Part shown: one piece after another, positions 1-14,231 of the stretch
Position numbering within the stretch: position 1 is the stretch's first letter
Layout of the letters: every line of letters starts with the position of its first letter
From: Paraspadella gotoi
Lineage: Eukaryota > Animalia > Chaetognatha
NCBI GenBank assembly: GCA_051294375.1
Contig: CM119265.1
Location: 3,096,254-3,160,253, forward strand
Length of the DNA: 64,000 bases
Direction of reading: 5' to 3'
Position numbers and translations under genes: made by a program
Notes under the pieces: model-generated
Seen by the model: only the letters and a program-made list of their open reading frames with translations
What the model was told of the DNA's origin: nothing
The model's database searches: none

Positions 1-41
1 AAATAAACAAACAAACAAAAATCTATAAGTCATTAAAAAGA

Positions 42-3000
42 ATGGACGCGTTTTTATCGCCGATTTCCGGCAGCGGCGCCGCGTCACCCTGCTGCTGCTG
101 CGATAACGTCGACCGCGTAGGTCAGTATAATTGTCTCGCCTCCTGACGAGATTTCAGTTAGTCAGTTTGTGTGACTGTACTATGTTCATTGTACAATTGT
201 ACGTATATCTTGCACTTAGTCGGTTTAATTATGTACTTCGGCATGGCCGTTTGGCCTGTTAACTTTTTTTTGTTAGCAAAGTATTTAAATACCTTTTTAG
301 AATTTGATTTCTAAAATATATTAAATTAATAGGCAGACATAAATATTTCCCAATAAAATTGAACCAAGTTTCTCATTGCAGATTGCTTATTCTTCTATAA
401 AAATAAATTACCTTCTTTATATCTTACGGCAGAAGTTTCTAACCGCCTTGAGGGAATTCGCAAATCCTCGATACTGCAATACACAAGGTGAGATACATAT
501 ATTACAAATTAATTATTAACTATAATGTTATATATTTTCTCTCACTTCAGCCACGACTATCGAGTTGAACTCATCGAAAATTCTAAAGGAAGCAAAGAGG
601 AGAAGAGACAAAAGCCAAATCGGTGAGACGCAGTTGTTCTTGGGTAGNNNNNNNNNNAGGGGGGTGTGAGGGGCGACATGGCCTTGGATTTTTAATTGCT
701 TGTTCGATAAAACTGTTTTCTTTAGAACATTTTTAATTCTACCCAATTTCACTTAAATTTCATTATATTATGGGACTGTACTTTAAAATGTGGTAAAAGA
801 CACGAGAGAGACAATGGGTACGGATGTCCGGCTCAGATGTCAGATGTCGTATATCGCGTGATGCATATTGTATTAGCCATATCGTCAGTTTAATCACAAA
901 AACGACTTATTTTCTCGGCGTATGGTAAACTTAGATATTAAATGATCAACTTAATTAAACATTTAAACTATGGTGGACTAATCATCATATTGAATGGTTC
1001 TTTCACTAACACATAACAATTATCACTGTCTCTTCAAAACGATAATTCAGATGGAGGAAGCGGACTCTCTCGTACGGAGCATCGAATCATCAGTTTGACG
1101 ATTGCAATGTTATCGACGCCGAGGAGGAAATGGAGGCAGCGGTGGAGGAAAGGAAAGAGGAAGGAAAGGAAGGAAAGGAGACCGAGGGAAAGAGAATAGG
1201 TGAGTCGTTTAGTTCAATTGTTTGGATGAAATTAATTAATTAAGTGAATAATTATATTTGCAGTCTCCATTGTAGACTTGTGTAGAGTGTAGATTGTAGA
1301 GTTGTTGATGTAAACAATCACTAGAAATCACTTAATCTAAGAAGCCTTTCTTGGGGCCCGTCTTACGGTAACAGCGAATCTGAGACAGCAAAGCTCATTG
1401 TTAAATTGTTAGCGCTTCAAAAATCTCCCTTAATCTCCCACAATCCATTTCTAATCTTAACCCCCCACGATTTCCTTTTCCCCAAGACGATGCGGACAGA
1501 CTTCGTCGTCGTCTCTCTCTCTCCAAGACGACGATGCTGACGTGTTACGTCGTCGCCATCGTCGTCGCTATCGTCGTCGTCGTCGCACCAGTTCCGGTCG
1601 GAGGCGACGCGACTCCAACGACCGAAGATGAGTTGAGGTGAGGATGTGGATATTCGGGATGTGGTTCTGTGGGGGAGAGTGTGGGCGTAGGATGTGGTTG
1701 TGGAAAGATATGAGGATGTACAATTGTACACGTATCAATTTAATTCATTTACAAGCTAATTTAGGGCTCTATTTTCCAAAGGCGCCAAATTTTTTTGATT
1801 AATCCCTGAACTTAATTTTTAACCCAAATCTCTAACCAAATAGTATATAAACCAATTCCTGACCTTAATTACCCAATCCTATCCCTTAACCTTAATTCCT
1901 AATGTGTAACCAAAACTCTAATCCTTAAATTCTTAACCTAATCTCAAACTTTAATCATTAACTTTAATTCTTCACCCTTAACTTAATCTTTAAACTTAAA
2001 AACTTGGTTAATTCTGAATTTCAGCTGAAATTGGGCACTTTTGGAAAATATGGCCGTTATTTGAGACTATATAAAAACCACAATGACGGCCACAGTGACC
2101 CTGTTCCATCCAACTTACATCTTCGTCCTAGACCACTTTTTCCACATTGTTAATGTTATTATTATTATTATTGCGGATTCAACCGATGGGAAAGCATTAG
2201 AGAGCTTCGGACTTTATTTGGTTACTGTGATATTATTACCATGTTTAACCAGCGTAAAAAGAACTTTATTTCCAAGATCTATAGTTCGAAAAATTTAGTT
2301 CTCAAAAAAATAATCGCATTCTTTAATGATTGAAATATATTAATTGATAATTTGGACCTTTGTTGTCTGTGGTGGTGGTTTTCACGCAATCTTTAACTTT
2401 GTTTTGTTTTTAGACTTAGCTTTTTTGATGCTCCCTGTATGTACTGAATCAACCTTGTTGAATTCGAAATAAAACGCATTATTATTATTATTATTATTAC
2501 TAACTAAATTATCATTATCCTCTTCCAGATTCGACGCGGACGCCGAAGAGGCCGATTCGCGCCGCAGTCAAATCTCCATCTCGGTGGCGTTGCCCGTCGG
2601 CGCCCACGCGGCGCTGCCCTGCGCCGTCGCCGCCCGGGAACACCGTGCCGGGCCACGAAGGCGCGCGGCTGAAGTGGGTCAAACGGGCGGCGGGCTCAAG
2701 CGGGTCTTGGTGGCGAGGGGGAACACATCGAGGTGGACAACTGGGAGAACAGGTGTGGGTTTTGTGGGGGGGGTTGGTGGTTGTGGTGGTGGGAGTGGGA
2801 AGTGGGTAATGGAGTGATTGTGAAACGTGGTTGTGGATTAATTGCGGGGGGGGAGTTGGTACTGAGGAATTAGTGACTGTGGGATGTGGGTATGAAGCGA
2901 GTATGTCGTGGCGGGACCCACGTATCTGCATGTGAAACGGGACTGCTACCGGCACGCATGGGGTGATGAAAACCATGAAATACGGTGAAATTAAACTTTT

Positions 3001-4636
3001 TAACATTTTCACTACGCTCTAAAGAACTGAAGAACTGAGACTTTCGAGAAAAAAAAATAATTACGGCGTCTTTTATTTCGTATTTCACAAAAATAAATAA
3101 TTATGATTCGCAATTTTTTTTTCTTCCGCCTCGTCAACAAATATAAATGATATCAAAATTGCATCGTCAATGAAAAACAAACGAACAAATATAATAAATA
3201 TTAACAACTTAGTCAGCGAACCGAATACAAATGTTTTAAATGATCTTTATCCAAGTTTGTTTGTTTTTTTTTACTAACTTTTTGGAATCTGGATTTTTTA
3301 ATTTATTTTTAATTTAACAAAACTATTTACTTAATCTTTCACTGCAGACCTCATATATTTTTTATTTTGTCTCGTTGTTATCGTTACAGTTGTGTTGTTA
3401 TTGTTTGTTAAATACTGTCGCATGCGAGAGATGTTTGTTAAAATATATCGTACAGATATTTCAAACAAAAGTTAAGTTTGTGCAACGGATGTTTAAAAGT
3501 CACGTTAAAAAGTCCCAACTGTAGAGGGAGTTGATAAAATGGGTCGAAGAATGTCAATAGTTGACGACGAAGACGACGACGACCACGATCACGACGACGT
3601 AAATGTCAGGGTCGTCCTCCTCTTCCTCCTCCTGAAGAGAGCCTTGAGGTCTTCCCTGTACGAGGGACCGCTGAGGCAATAGAGGAGAAAGTTGACCGAA
3701 GAGTTGGTCTGGTAGAGGATGAAGGCAACGAAGGGAATGTCGCCGACGGCGGTGGCGCTCATGTCGAAGTCTTTGGAGGTGGAGAGGTGGAGAGAGAGGG
3801 GGTGAGAAAAGGGGAGAGGGTGAAGAGGGATAGAGAGAAGGGGAAAAAATTGATGTGTAAACATTGAGTTGATTGAAAAGAATTGAATCACTAGACTAAA
3901 CCAAATCAGGTCTCCGACTGAAAAAAGTCACGGCTGTAGTTTATTAATTCCTTTATTTATGAAATTGGTACAACCAATATAAAAATTATCCATTCATTTA
4001 ATAAATAAGCTATCTTGCCCCTTACTTTGGACAGACTTTGGTGGTTTAAGGCCTCCATCACTTTTACAAGATAATGACATAGCAGGTCCCTGCAAGCTTT
4101 TAATCAAGACTCTCACACAGTCTCGTTTATTCACTATTATTATATAATCTTCTCTTTACTTTTATATTTTTTCTTTTCTTTCTTTTATTTTATCCCGAGA
4201 ATAAATTGTTTCATCCTCCTCTTTTCCCTTCTCATTAAATCTTCGAAAATATATGTACTTTAGACGAATTATATTTTTTCATCTTACTTAACGTAATATC
4301 CACCGATTACCGGTTAGACGAACGGACAGACCAAAAAGTAAAACATAGAATCACGGTTGAAGCCGCGACTAAAAAAAAACTTGTGAACTCACTGAGCAAA
4401 CTGAGGACGTGAAGGATTTGCCAGGGAAGAAGCAAAACGCAGAAAGCCGTCGTCACCAAGAAAATTCGCAGCGTCGCCTGAAGAGGGCGAAAGGGGGCGA
4501 AGGTTTGACTCCGCGTTGCCTTTTGTTTTTTTATTTATGTTCTTGTTTACTTTTTTCAGTGTTGTTCGTAGCTTAATTAATACATTTATTTCTGTTTTAT
4601 TCCTTCTCCATTTCGCCGATCGGTTTAACCTATGAA

Positions 4637-4691
<55 letters not shown>

Positions 4692-4714
4692 GCTTTCTTT
4701 CTATCTTTTTTCTT

Positions 4715-4786
<72 letters not shown>

Positions 4787-7700
4787 TGATCGTAACTGTT
4801 CCTCTCCGTCCCGCCGGTCACCGCCGCCCCAGCCGCAGCCGCCGCACCGGCCGCCGCGACCCCTGTCGTCGTCGTCCTCCGCCGCCGCCGCTTCTGACGC
4901 TGGATGGCGACGGCGGTGACGACGTTAGCGATGACGATGACGACGACGGGGACGACGTAACCCAAGAGAGAGTCCATGGCGAAGAAGACCCAGGCGCCGA
5001 CGCCTCTGTGGGCGGGAGCGAGGCGGCATTGGCCAGTTGGGGAGGCTGGTTGGATGTTGGGGTGGGGGTGGTTGGGATGTTGGGGTGGGGGTGGTTGGGG
5101 TGGGGGTGGTTGGGATATTTGGGGTGGGGGTGGTTGGGATTTGGGGTGGGGGTGGTTGGGATATTGGGATGGGGGTGGTTGGGATATTGGGGTGGGGGTG
5201 GTTGGGATGTTGGGGGGGGTGGTTGGGATATTGGGGGTGTAACAGGAGGTGGTCGGGTAAGGGGAAGAGTTGTGGGTAAGGTCGGGTAAGGCCAATTTCG
5301 AAAAACGGAGCGACTTTGATGTCGTTCTTGTTGTTATCGTCAAAAGGAGTGAACATTTATCATAAATTACCAAAAATAAATTTTTATCTTTATTCAGTTT
5401 TATCTCGTGTTGTCTTTAATTCAACTCTATTCAGTTTTAATTCAACTCTATTCAGTTTTAATTCAACTCTATTCAGTTTTAAATCAACTCTATTCAGTTT
5501 TAATTCAACTCTATTCAGTTTTAATTCAACTCTATTCAGTTTTAATTCAACTCTTTTCAGTTTTAATTCAACTCTATTCAGTTTTAATTCAATTCTATTC
5601 AGTTTTAATTCAACTCTATTCAGTTAATTCAGTTAATTCAACTCTATTCAGTTTTAAATCCTCAGTTTAATCCTTATCTTGAAATTCTATCCAGTTCTAA
5701 TTCATACATTCTTACCCTTTGAACTTTTCAACCTCACCTTCGTACATCTTGAATGCGGGGACAGACATAAGCGCAACGGCGACCAAAATACCGACTGAGA
5801 ATCCGACGGCTATTCGTCTTTGGGAGAGATGCTGATTGGAAGATGGGGTATGGAAGGAGGGGGGGGTGGGAGAAAAGGGGTGTTGAGGGCTGTTGAAGAG
5901 GAAGATGATAAAGGGGCGAGGTTCAAGGAAATTCGGAAAAAGGTTCATTCTTAAAACATTTTTCAATATCGGGGTTTTGGCCGCCGATTTATTGTTTTCT
6001 TTTTTCCTCATCTGGATCCTCGCGTTGAATTTCCTCGTCAAATATAAACGAAATATTTTTTTTTTTCTTACCAAAACAAATTGAAAAAAAAAAATGATGG
6101 GAGTCAAGTTCAGTTTGTTCACAGTCGTCGGATTTCTGGTTAAAAGCGATCTTTCATGAACAAATGTGATTAATTGCTGGTAAAAGAACGAGTGACTCAT
6201 CCTAGTCGATCTTTATTTCATCATTAAATCAAAAAAAGCTGAGTCATCTCTTTAGACCAACCCGATGATGAACTCGTAATGTGATCTGACCACAAACGCG
6301 CGCCAGTTGTCAAAAACCCGACTCAGAAATTTTCGTGGTGAATTAAAAGTTTAAAACATTTTTTGTTGTTGTTTACGTTTAAACAAACATTTGGCGAAAA
6401 TCGAGTTTCTCTCTCACCATGAATGCCTTTGGAGAGATGACGCTCTGCATTCGCCAGATAGATACGATACAGAGAAGAAATGCCGAGAGGTAGAATCCGA
6501 GATACAGAAGATACTCCTGGGGGGAAGAATTAGGATGGATTGTGGGAGAGGTGGGCATTCGGGTTCGTATGCGTCGCTTAAATCACTTTTAAATGAAATT
6601 AATAAGACCAATATTAAATTATTCAATATTCATAAATTCATTCAATAAATAGGCTGTCTTGCCCCTGACATTGGACACTGGACAGACNNNNNNNNNNTCT
6701 TGCCACTGACATTGGACACTGGACAGTGGACACTGGACAGACTATAGTGGGTTAAGTCCTTCATCTCTCTTACGGATAAAAAAAAAAGCAGGACATTTCA
6801 AGTATAGTTAGACTAAGCTGATCAATAAAATTAAAAAAACGACTATTATATAAGAGAAAACACAAAAACAAGAAAATACTAATAAGCAAAATAAAACAGT
6901 GAAATTAAAATAAAAAGCAAAAAAGAACCAAAACAAAATAAAAAAAAACTAAAAATTTAACAAATAAACAAATAAATAAAAAAACGAACCAAAACAAAAA
7001 AAAGAAAAAAAAACAAAAACAAAACAAAGACCAAAATAAAACAAAATATTATCCAAAACAAAACAAAACAAGAAAATAACAACTGACTGACCTGCGTTTT
7101 GCAGAATAGACTCGTGAGCTCGAGTCCCTCGACCCATTGAGTCACGCAGAAGGAGACGTAAGAGAGCGAGAGGAGCAAATCCGCGACGGCGACTCCAGCG
7201 AGGAAGACGTCTGCGGCGCGAAGGCAGCTGGAGGGGTGGAGCAGGCGACAGGAGCGGAGGCTGGAGGAGTGGGAAGTGGGGTGATTTTGAATGTTTATAA
7301 TGTTTTTAATAAGAGTTTGAAAATGCTCTCTCTTCTCGGCCACCGAGATGACAGAGGATCGCCTCTCTGTGAGTGTGGATAGCCCCCACTCTTAGCGGCA
7401 GGCTTGCTACCAGTGGTTTAACCGGACCGTCATTCGTTTGCAAGGACGTTCTGACCAGGGGTAGAACCCAAGATCATTTGGTTCGGAGATGATCGAAGGA
7501 TGATATTACGTCACTACAAGTTAACGTTAATTACTTGGCAATTATGCTATTTTTGGGGGCTTTTCATCACGATTTAAAAACTTTTTTTGGTACATTGCGG
7601 CGAACATGACCTACTGGGTGACCTTGACACCTCTCCACCCTTTGGATTCCATGACTAAAGGTGACGGGACCGGGATGAGTTTAAGCGTATTAGTGACGAG

Positions 7701-9259
7701 AGACGATTAATCAGGGTCAGAAATTTCTCGGTCAGTTTCGGAGATGCCGCGCAGTCCGGGCACAAATCATTGATTAAAACATTTTCAAGTCGATCGCTCT
7801 AATGATTTTTTAAAAACTTTTTGGGGTCACCCATTGAAATGAGTAAACTTTATGACCACAAGGAAACCGATTACGATTTATTCAAATTCGTTGGATGGGG
7901 CCACGCCCACTTGATTCGTTACCCGGACGCGGTTTTGACGTGACGAGCGCGAAAGTTAAAGACGGCGAGAATGAGGGCGTTGCCGATGAGGCCGAAAATG
8001 GCTGAAAGGGGGGGGGAGTGGAGGAAAAGAGAGGGAGGAAGAGGAGGAGGAAGAGGGGAGGAAAAAGGAGGAAGAGAGGAAAGGAAAGGAGAAAAGAAGA
8101 GAAAGAAGTAAAAAAGAGGTTATGAATGAGTGTATGAGTGATAAGTGATAAGGGATAAGGGATAAGTGATAGGGGATAAGTGACACTCGAGTCATACAAT
8201 CCCTAACACTTTGTAAATTGTTTGAAATGCAAAAACTTGACTTACCCTGGATCAAAACCGGAACGACGTGATACCAGAATCTGCAGAGTTTCACTTGGTG
8301 TAAATGCAAATAGTCTGGGTTTTGGTTTTGCAGAAATCCGACCACGTCGTCGTCGTCTTCGTCGTCGGCGTCGTTGAAGGAAGACGACGAAAAAATCCCC
8401 GAGTGGCTCGTCGTCGTGGACGCCATTTTGAAATATTTTGTTTGTTTTTTTTCTTTGTTTTTACTGTTTCGTTTACATTTTAGATTAGTAGCTGAATTTA
8501 TTTTTATCGTTCTTTCGTTTTTTGTTTTTTGCGTTTTGTTCTTCGGTTAATTAAACGTTGATTAAATTCCTTTTTCTATCGTAATTAATCCAACTGTGAG
8601 TTTTATATTTTCTCGTATTGTTTTTTTCGTTTTTTCAATCAGCAAAACTTTTTCCAATTTTTTTTCTTCTCGATTCACAAAAAAAAAAGTTTTTTTTGTT
8701 TTCCTCCACGTGATTCGCATTCCTCCGTCCCCATTTTCACATGGCGAGGTCAAATTAAAATTCACATCACTTTTTTTTTTCGTCTCTTTTTCACGCTAGA
8801 ACTGGGGTCAGTCCTCTCTCCCTTCGTTTCTCTTTATCATCTCGTTCTCGTCGACAGTAAATCTTTCTTTCTCCCGGAAATAAACGTTAATTCGATTTTG
8901 AGAAACTCAAATTCCCTTTTTTACGAGATGTTCTTTTTTTTTCTCTCTCTCGTTTCTTGCGTATATATATATATATGTGCTTTTTTTTTTAATTTGCGAC
9001 TCTCCCTCTATTAATTCATTGCTATGTTTTGTCCTCTTTTTAATCCGTAATTAGATTAACCGATTAACCGAGGTTAATTCTTTTTTTAAAGTTTTTTTTT
9101 TTTTGGTAATTTCTATTTTTTGGTGTTCGGGTCTTAAAAATCGACGGGTCGACAAAAGTTCATCCTAAACGCGAGAAATTCTGAAAAATAAAAAATGTCT
9201 TTGAACCAGAAAATTTTTTTTTTTTCTTACGATCAATTTTCCGGAGGAAGAGAAGGAGA

Positions 9260-9292
<33 letters not shown>

Positions 9293-10548
9293 TTGATTAT
9301 CTAAAGCTATGGCGAGACGTGAAACTGACAACCTCGGAGGTCATCTTTTTCCCTTTTAATCCGAACGGATATGTACAAGAATTTACAGAGGAATCGGTTA
9401 TAACGAGATCGGGGTGGACAATGGAAACTTTTAAGACAAAATGGTTTTGCTTTCCACATTTTATTTGTATCTTTTTTTTCTCTTTTTTTTTTAATCTTAG
9501 ATTTGGGCATTTTAAGAAAGTACAATAATCATTTATTGATTTACGAGAATCTTAATAGCATTTTTTAAAACTTTTTTGTTCATTTATTTTGATATTTTTT
9601 GACTTTTTGCTCCGAAAATCAAAGGCAAAGGCCAGAGATTCTTGTTCTGCCATTTGGCCGCAAGCGAGAATCACTACGAATCGAGGAAGAATGAAAAATA
9701 CTTCGTTTAACATTTTCTATTGAAGTCAACTTTGAGGAATATTTACTCGACCTTTCTCTTTCCTTAAATTAAGACTAACTACGCTCGTTGTTTATTAGAT
9801 TTATACATTTATATATTAATATATTTCACATTTAATATTAAAATTTTATCCCACTTTTTCTTTCACTTTATGTTACTGGTGAAAACAAATACTACGCAGG
9901 TTTTCTGCTTAATTTCATATTTACGACCAGAAATCCCTAGTAAATCTTGACTGTGTTCTCCGTCCCCGCGTCTCTGCCCCTGAAATTAATTCCCTGGGGA
10001 AAAACTAGAGGCGCCCGTATGTGTTTTTAAGACTTTTCAAATATAGGTTAAACATTTCCGAACTGACACGCGTATTTAAATAATTCTAACACTTTTTGTA
10101 CGATTTAAAACAATGGTCATATGAGAAGATTAATATTTAGCGTTCGTTATATCGAAACCTTCGCAAAGTCGGTTTTCGTTATTTCCAAATTTCGTTTCCT
10201 ACGAAATTTTCATTGATTTAAGGGGAAACTCAGTGAACCTTAATTCGGGTTTCTTAAAGGGACGAACGCGTGGGAAGAACCACGAGTCGTGGAAAATCGC
10301 GAGAACCGAAATTGAGATGAACGAGATTGTAATAAAAAGAAACATTGACGGCCCCTTAAACAAGATTAGAATAATATCTTTTTTTGGTATTGTTCTATGC
10401 TTTTTTTTTAAATTGATATTGTGTGAGGTGAGCGAAAAGTTTAAGCTAATTAAATTTTATGCGGAACCGAAGAAAGTGATATTGGTTGATTTGAAACGTC
10501 TATGTGTAGTAAAATTATTTTGATAAATGTAATAATTATCCGGGGGGA

Positions 10549-10605
<57 letters not shown>

Positions 10606-11005
10606 ATTTGGCCTAATTGAACTTAGATATTTTTGATGAAGGAAGCTTTTTACAGTTGAGGGTCAAAATTTAAAGTGCAAATTACGGATTGTAATTTACG
10701 TGGAATGAATTTAATGTCTTACTGTACCCAGATTTGTTAACAACATAAAATTACTCGAATTCTTTTCAACGCGTCTGATGACGCAGGGAAAATAACGCAG
10801 ACAGAAAACTACGACGATAACGACGACGAAGTAGACGATAACGACGACGATGACGACGACGACGATGAAGACGACGAAGACGACGACGACTCTGACGCAA
10901 TTTCATCGAAAAAATAAAAAAAAAGAATATCTGAGTCGTAAACAAAAGTTGGAATCGATTGAAAAGTTTGTTCTTTGAAAAACAATTTCGATAAATACAT
11001 CTAGT

Positions 11006-11041
<36 letters not shown>

Positions 11042-14000
11042 CCGGATTTTCACACGGAATTTTTTTTCCGACGATTCAGGAGTGTGTAAGAGACATGGAG
11101 ATTTAAAGCTTAGGGGGTCAATGAAATTTGGTTTTAAAAATATGTTTAGAAAATTTTTAAGAAATAAAATTTTTTTTATCAAGGGCCAAAGATGAATAGG
11201 AAAACGAATATTAAACTATTTTCTCGGCATCGTAATTAATTTAATAATTAATTCATAATAAACTATCTTTAATTCTTTTAAAAACAACGACGTAAATTTT
11301 AGTTTTTAAATGACGCAAAATTCAGTTTTGTCAGGATCTGGATTTGATCTAATCAAATGTAAAAAATTTTAAAAAAAACTTGTTTGTTGAAAACATCAGA
11401 CACTACGAGATGGACAGGGCGGGTACTTTGATGTCTGTTCTGGGATGGAGGGAGGGAAGAGAAGAGAGGGTAGGAAGGGAGGGAAGAGAAGAGAGGGAGG
11501 GAAGGGAGGGAGGGAAGGGAGAGAAGTGAGGCAGGGAAAGATGGAGGGAGGGAGAAAGAAATGGGAAGGAGGTTGAAGAGGAAGGAAAGAAAGTTAGAAA
11601 TGGGATTGAATTTTGAGAAAAAAAAAGGAACCTAAGAAAAGAAAAGTGGTCAAGAAAAAGGAAGGGGCCAGGAAAAGGAAATGGGCCTAAAGAAAAGTAA
11701 AGGGGCCTAAAGAAAAGTAAAGGGGCCAAGTAAAGCAAAGGGGCCAATTAAAAGTAAAGATTCTTAAGATCTGGTGGATCTCAAAATCTAATCGTGCGAA
11801 TTTTTTTACTTTAAAAAAAAATGAAATAACACAGAGGAGTCAAAAAATTTCAGTGATAATCCAAATCATTTAAAGTAGTAAATGGTTTCTATAATTCATG
11901 AATAAAAAAATATTTACAATAAAAATGCACATTTGTAATTTTTTTTTGGAGAAAAGATAAACGTACAAAAATTGATAAATTTTAGATATTGAATCTAAAA
12001 ATAGATTAAAAACATTTTTGTTGTTTTACGTTGTAAAAGGTGTAAATATTAAAATGTCTCGCGGGCCAAAAGAGAATATAAAAAAATGAATGAATGGATC
12101 ATATCTTGTCAAAATGGCAACTCTAAAAATATTACACGTTCTTTATACGTTCTTTTGTTTTTCTATCCAGATTCGCGCTCGATCACGACAATTACTCCCT
12201 CTACATCCGAAACCTTGATATCGATGACGGCGGCAGGTGAAAAATCTTTTCTGAGTTTTCCCATCATTTGTGTTATAATTAGTGTTTTTTTACGCATTTA
12301 TATATTCTTTTACATATAAAGAAGACTAAATAAAGACAAACTCAACCTTTTAGATATCAATGCACGACGGTCGGTCGACCGATGTTGGACGGAAAAGAAA
12401 AGAGCAGACGCCCTTCGTCAACCGTCTTTCTTTCAGTTTTCGAGGTACAATTGTTTCAAAAATTAATGCCTATGTTTAAATTAAACTTTAAATTTTTTTT
12501 TAAAATGACCACTTTTACCAGTTCGAATACACCAGCATGAATTATGCCTTGTATAAAGTTAGTACAACCAAAATAAAAATTATTCATTCATTCAATAAAT
12601 GAGCAATATTGCCCGCGACATTTGAAAAGATAATAAATTGATAAATTCGCCGGACACATTTTCAATCTAATATCTCTAACAGTCTAGTTTATTCACTCTC
12701 TAAAGTTAAATACCAGGTTTTCATATCAGTAAATAGGATAATTTTTTGACATCATATCATCGTCTTTTTTTTATTTTATTTTATTTTAGATCGCTTTAGC
12801 TCTTTGTGACATCGTCGTCGTCGTCGTTATCATTAACGTTATCGTAATCGTTGTCGTTGTCTGTGTTGGTAACACACTTTTTTCTTATATAGTTTTGACT
12901 GGGGCTTACAATTTTTTTTTAATATAAAAACTACTACGAATTTTGATGGATTTTTATAAAAGTATGCAATCATAGTAAGTTAAAAGTTTAGATATGGCTT
13001 CTCATCTTTAAGATCTTTGCAATTGTCATGTTTCATATGGAATCAAATATTTTTTGTTTGATTTTCTTTTTCATTATGATTTACTGTAATATGTAAATTA
13101 CTTTCTATAAATATGAAAATTAATATTGAAAAGAAAATTCATACAAAAAATATTTGAATCAATAAGAAACATGTGATTTTAAAAGACCTTTTTGATGAAA
13201 GGTATATTTAAATTTTAATATAAATAAAAATACACACTTTTACAACAACAAAATTGTAAAATTTTCAATTGTAAACAATTGTAACATTTTTTTGTCTTTC
13301 TATTATTTCTTTAAATTATATATATATTTTTCTTTTTTTTGTCAGGCGCTGCCACTTCTGATTCGTTTAAAAAAACGAGCTCAGCTCAGCAGCGGTTGGA
13401 CTTCTCTTTTTCTTTCTTTCTTTCTCTCTCTCTCACTCATACACGTATTTGTTTTTTTATTTACGATGAATGATTCATTGCGTCAATGAATGACTATTGT
13501 AAAACATTTTTATTATTTCTATATTTATAAACATTTTTTATGATACGAGGGTCGCGCATTTGATTCGTCGGCCGTAGGTTGAACTGGCTTTAACATGGAG
13601 CAAGGTTTTCTAAATCTCGAATGACGTAAATGTCGAATAAATGATGAATAAATCGTGAATAAGTTTATTTATTGTAGAGGTAAATAAATGGCGAAATTAA
13701 TGATGTACAATAAATTCATGTAGAAAATCCTTGGATTCCGTATAACTTCGGTTCCATAGAGCCGATCTTTTCCAGAGAAACGATTATGATCGAATGACAA
13801 GTGACGAGGTTTTCGGCTAAAAGAAAGTTACAAGAAAGCGACTAGAACGGTGAAAAGACTGGTCTGAAAAGGTCAACTAAATGACCAACGAAAAATGACC
13901 GGATGCGAGGTCACAAAATCTTTCAACTATCATCGCATCAATGAATGATTATCATTACATCAATGAATGACTATCATTACATCATTTGGTTATCATCACA

Positions 14001-14170
14001 TCAATCATTTGGTTATTATCGCATCAAATTTTTGTCTTTCTTTTTTATTTCTTTATTTCCTCCTCCTCTTCTTCCTCTTCCATGCTCTTTCTTCCTGTCC
14101 TCCCTTCTCCTGCTCCTTTCTGGTTGTCCCCCAACTGCGAATTGTACAATTCACGACACATCATCGACCT

Positions 14171-14231
<61 letters not shown>

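Noticed and set aside
4690-5289. Long plus-strand Gly/Trp/Val ORFs
   Set aside because: They are the antisense of a GPCR exon plus low-complexity repeats.
5415-5670. 21-bp array (and the 33-bp and 41-bp arrays) as CRISPR-like
   Set aside because: Units are contiguous with no unique spacers, and the context is a eukaryotic intron.
7340-7510. Possible SINE on the minus strand
   Set aside because: There is only a weak B-box-like match and no second copy in the window.
12790-12868. Possible hydrophobic alternative exon (IALALCDIVVVVVII...) in the Ig gene
   Set aside because: It is largely (TCG/TTG)n low complexity, and the 12444->14472 junction already fits in phase.
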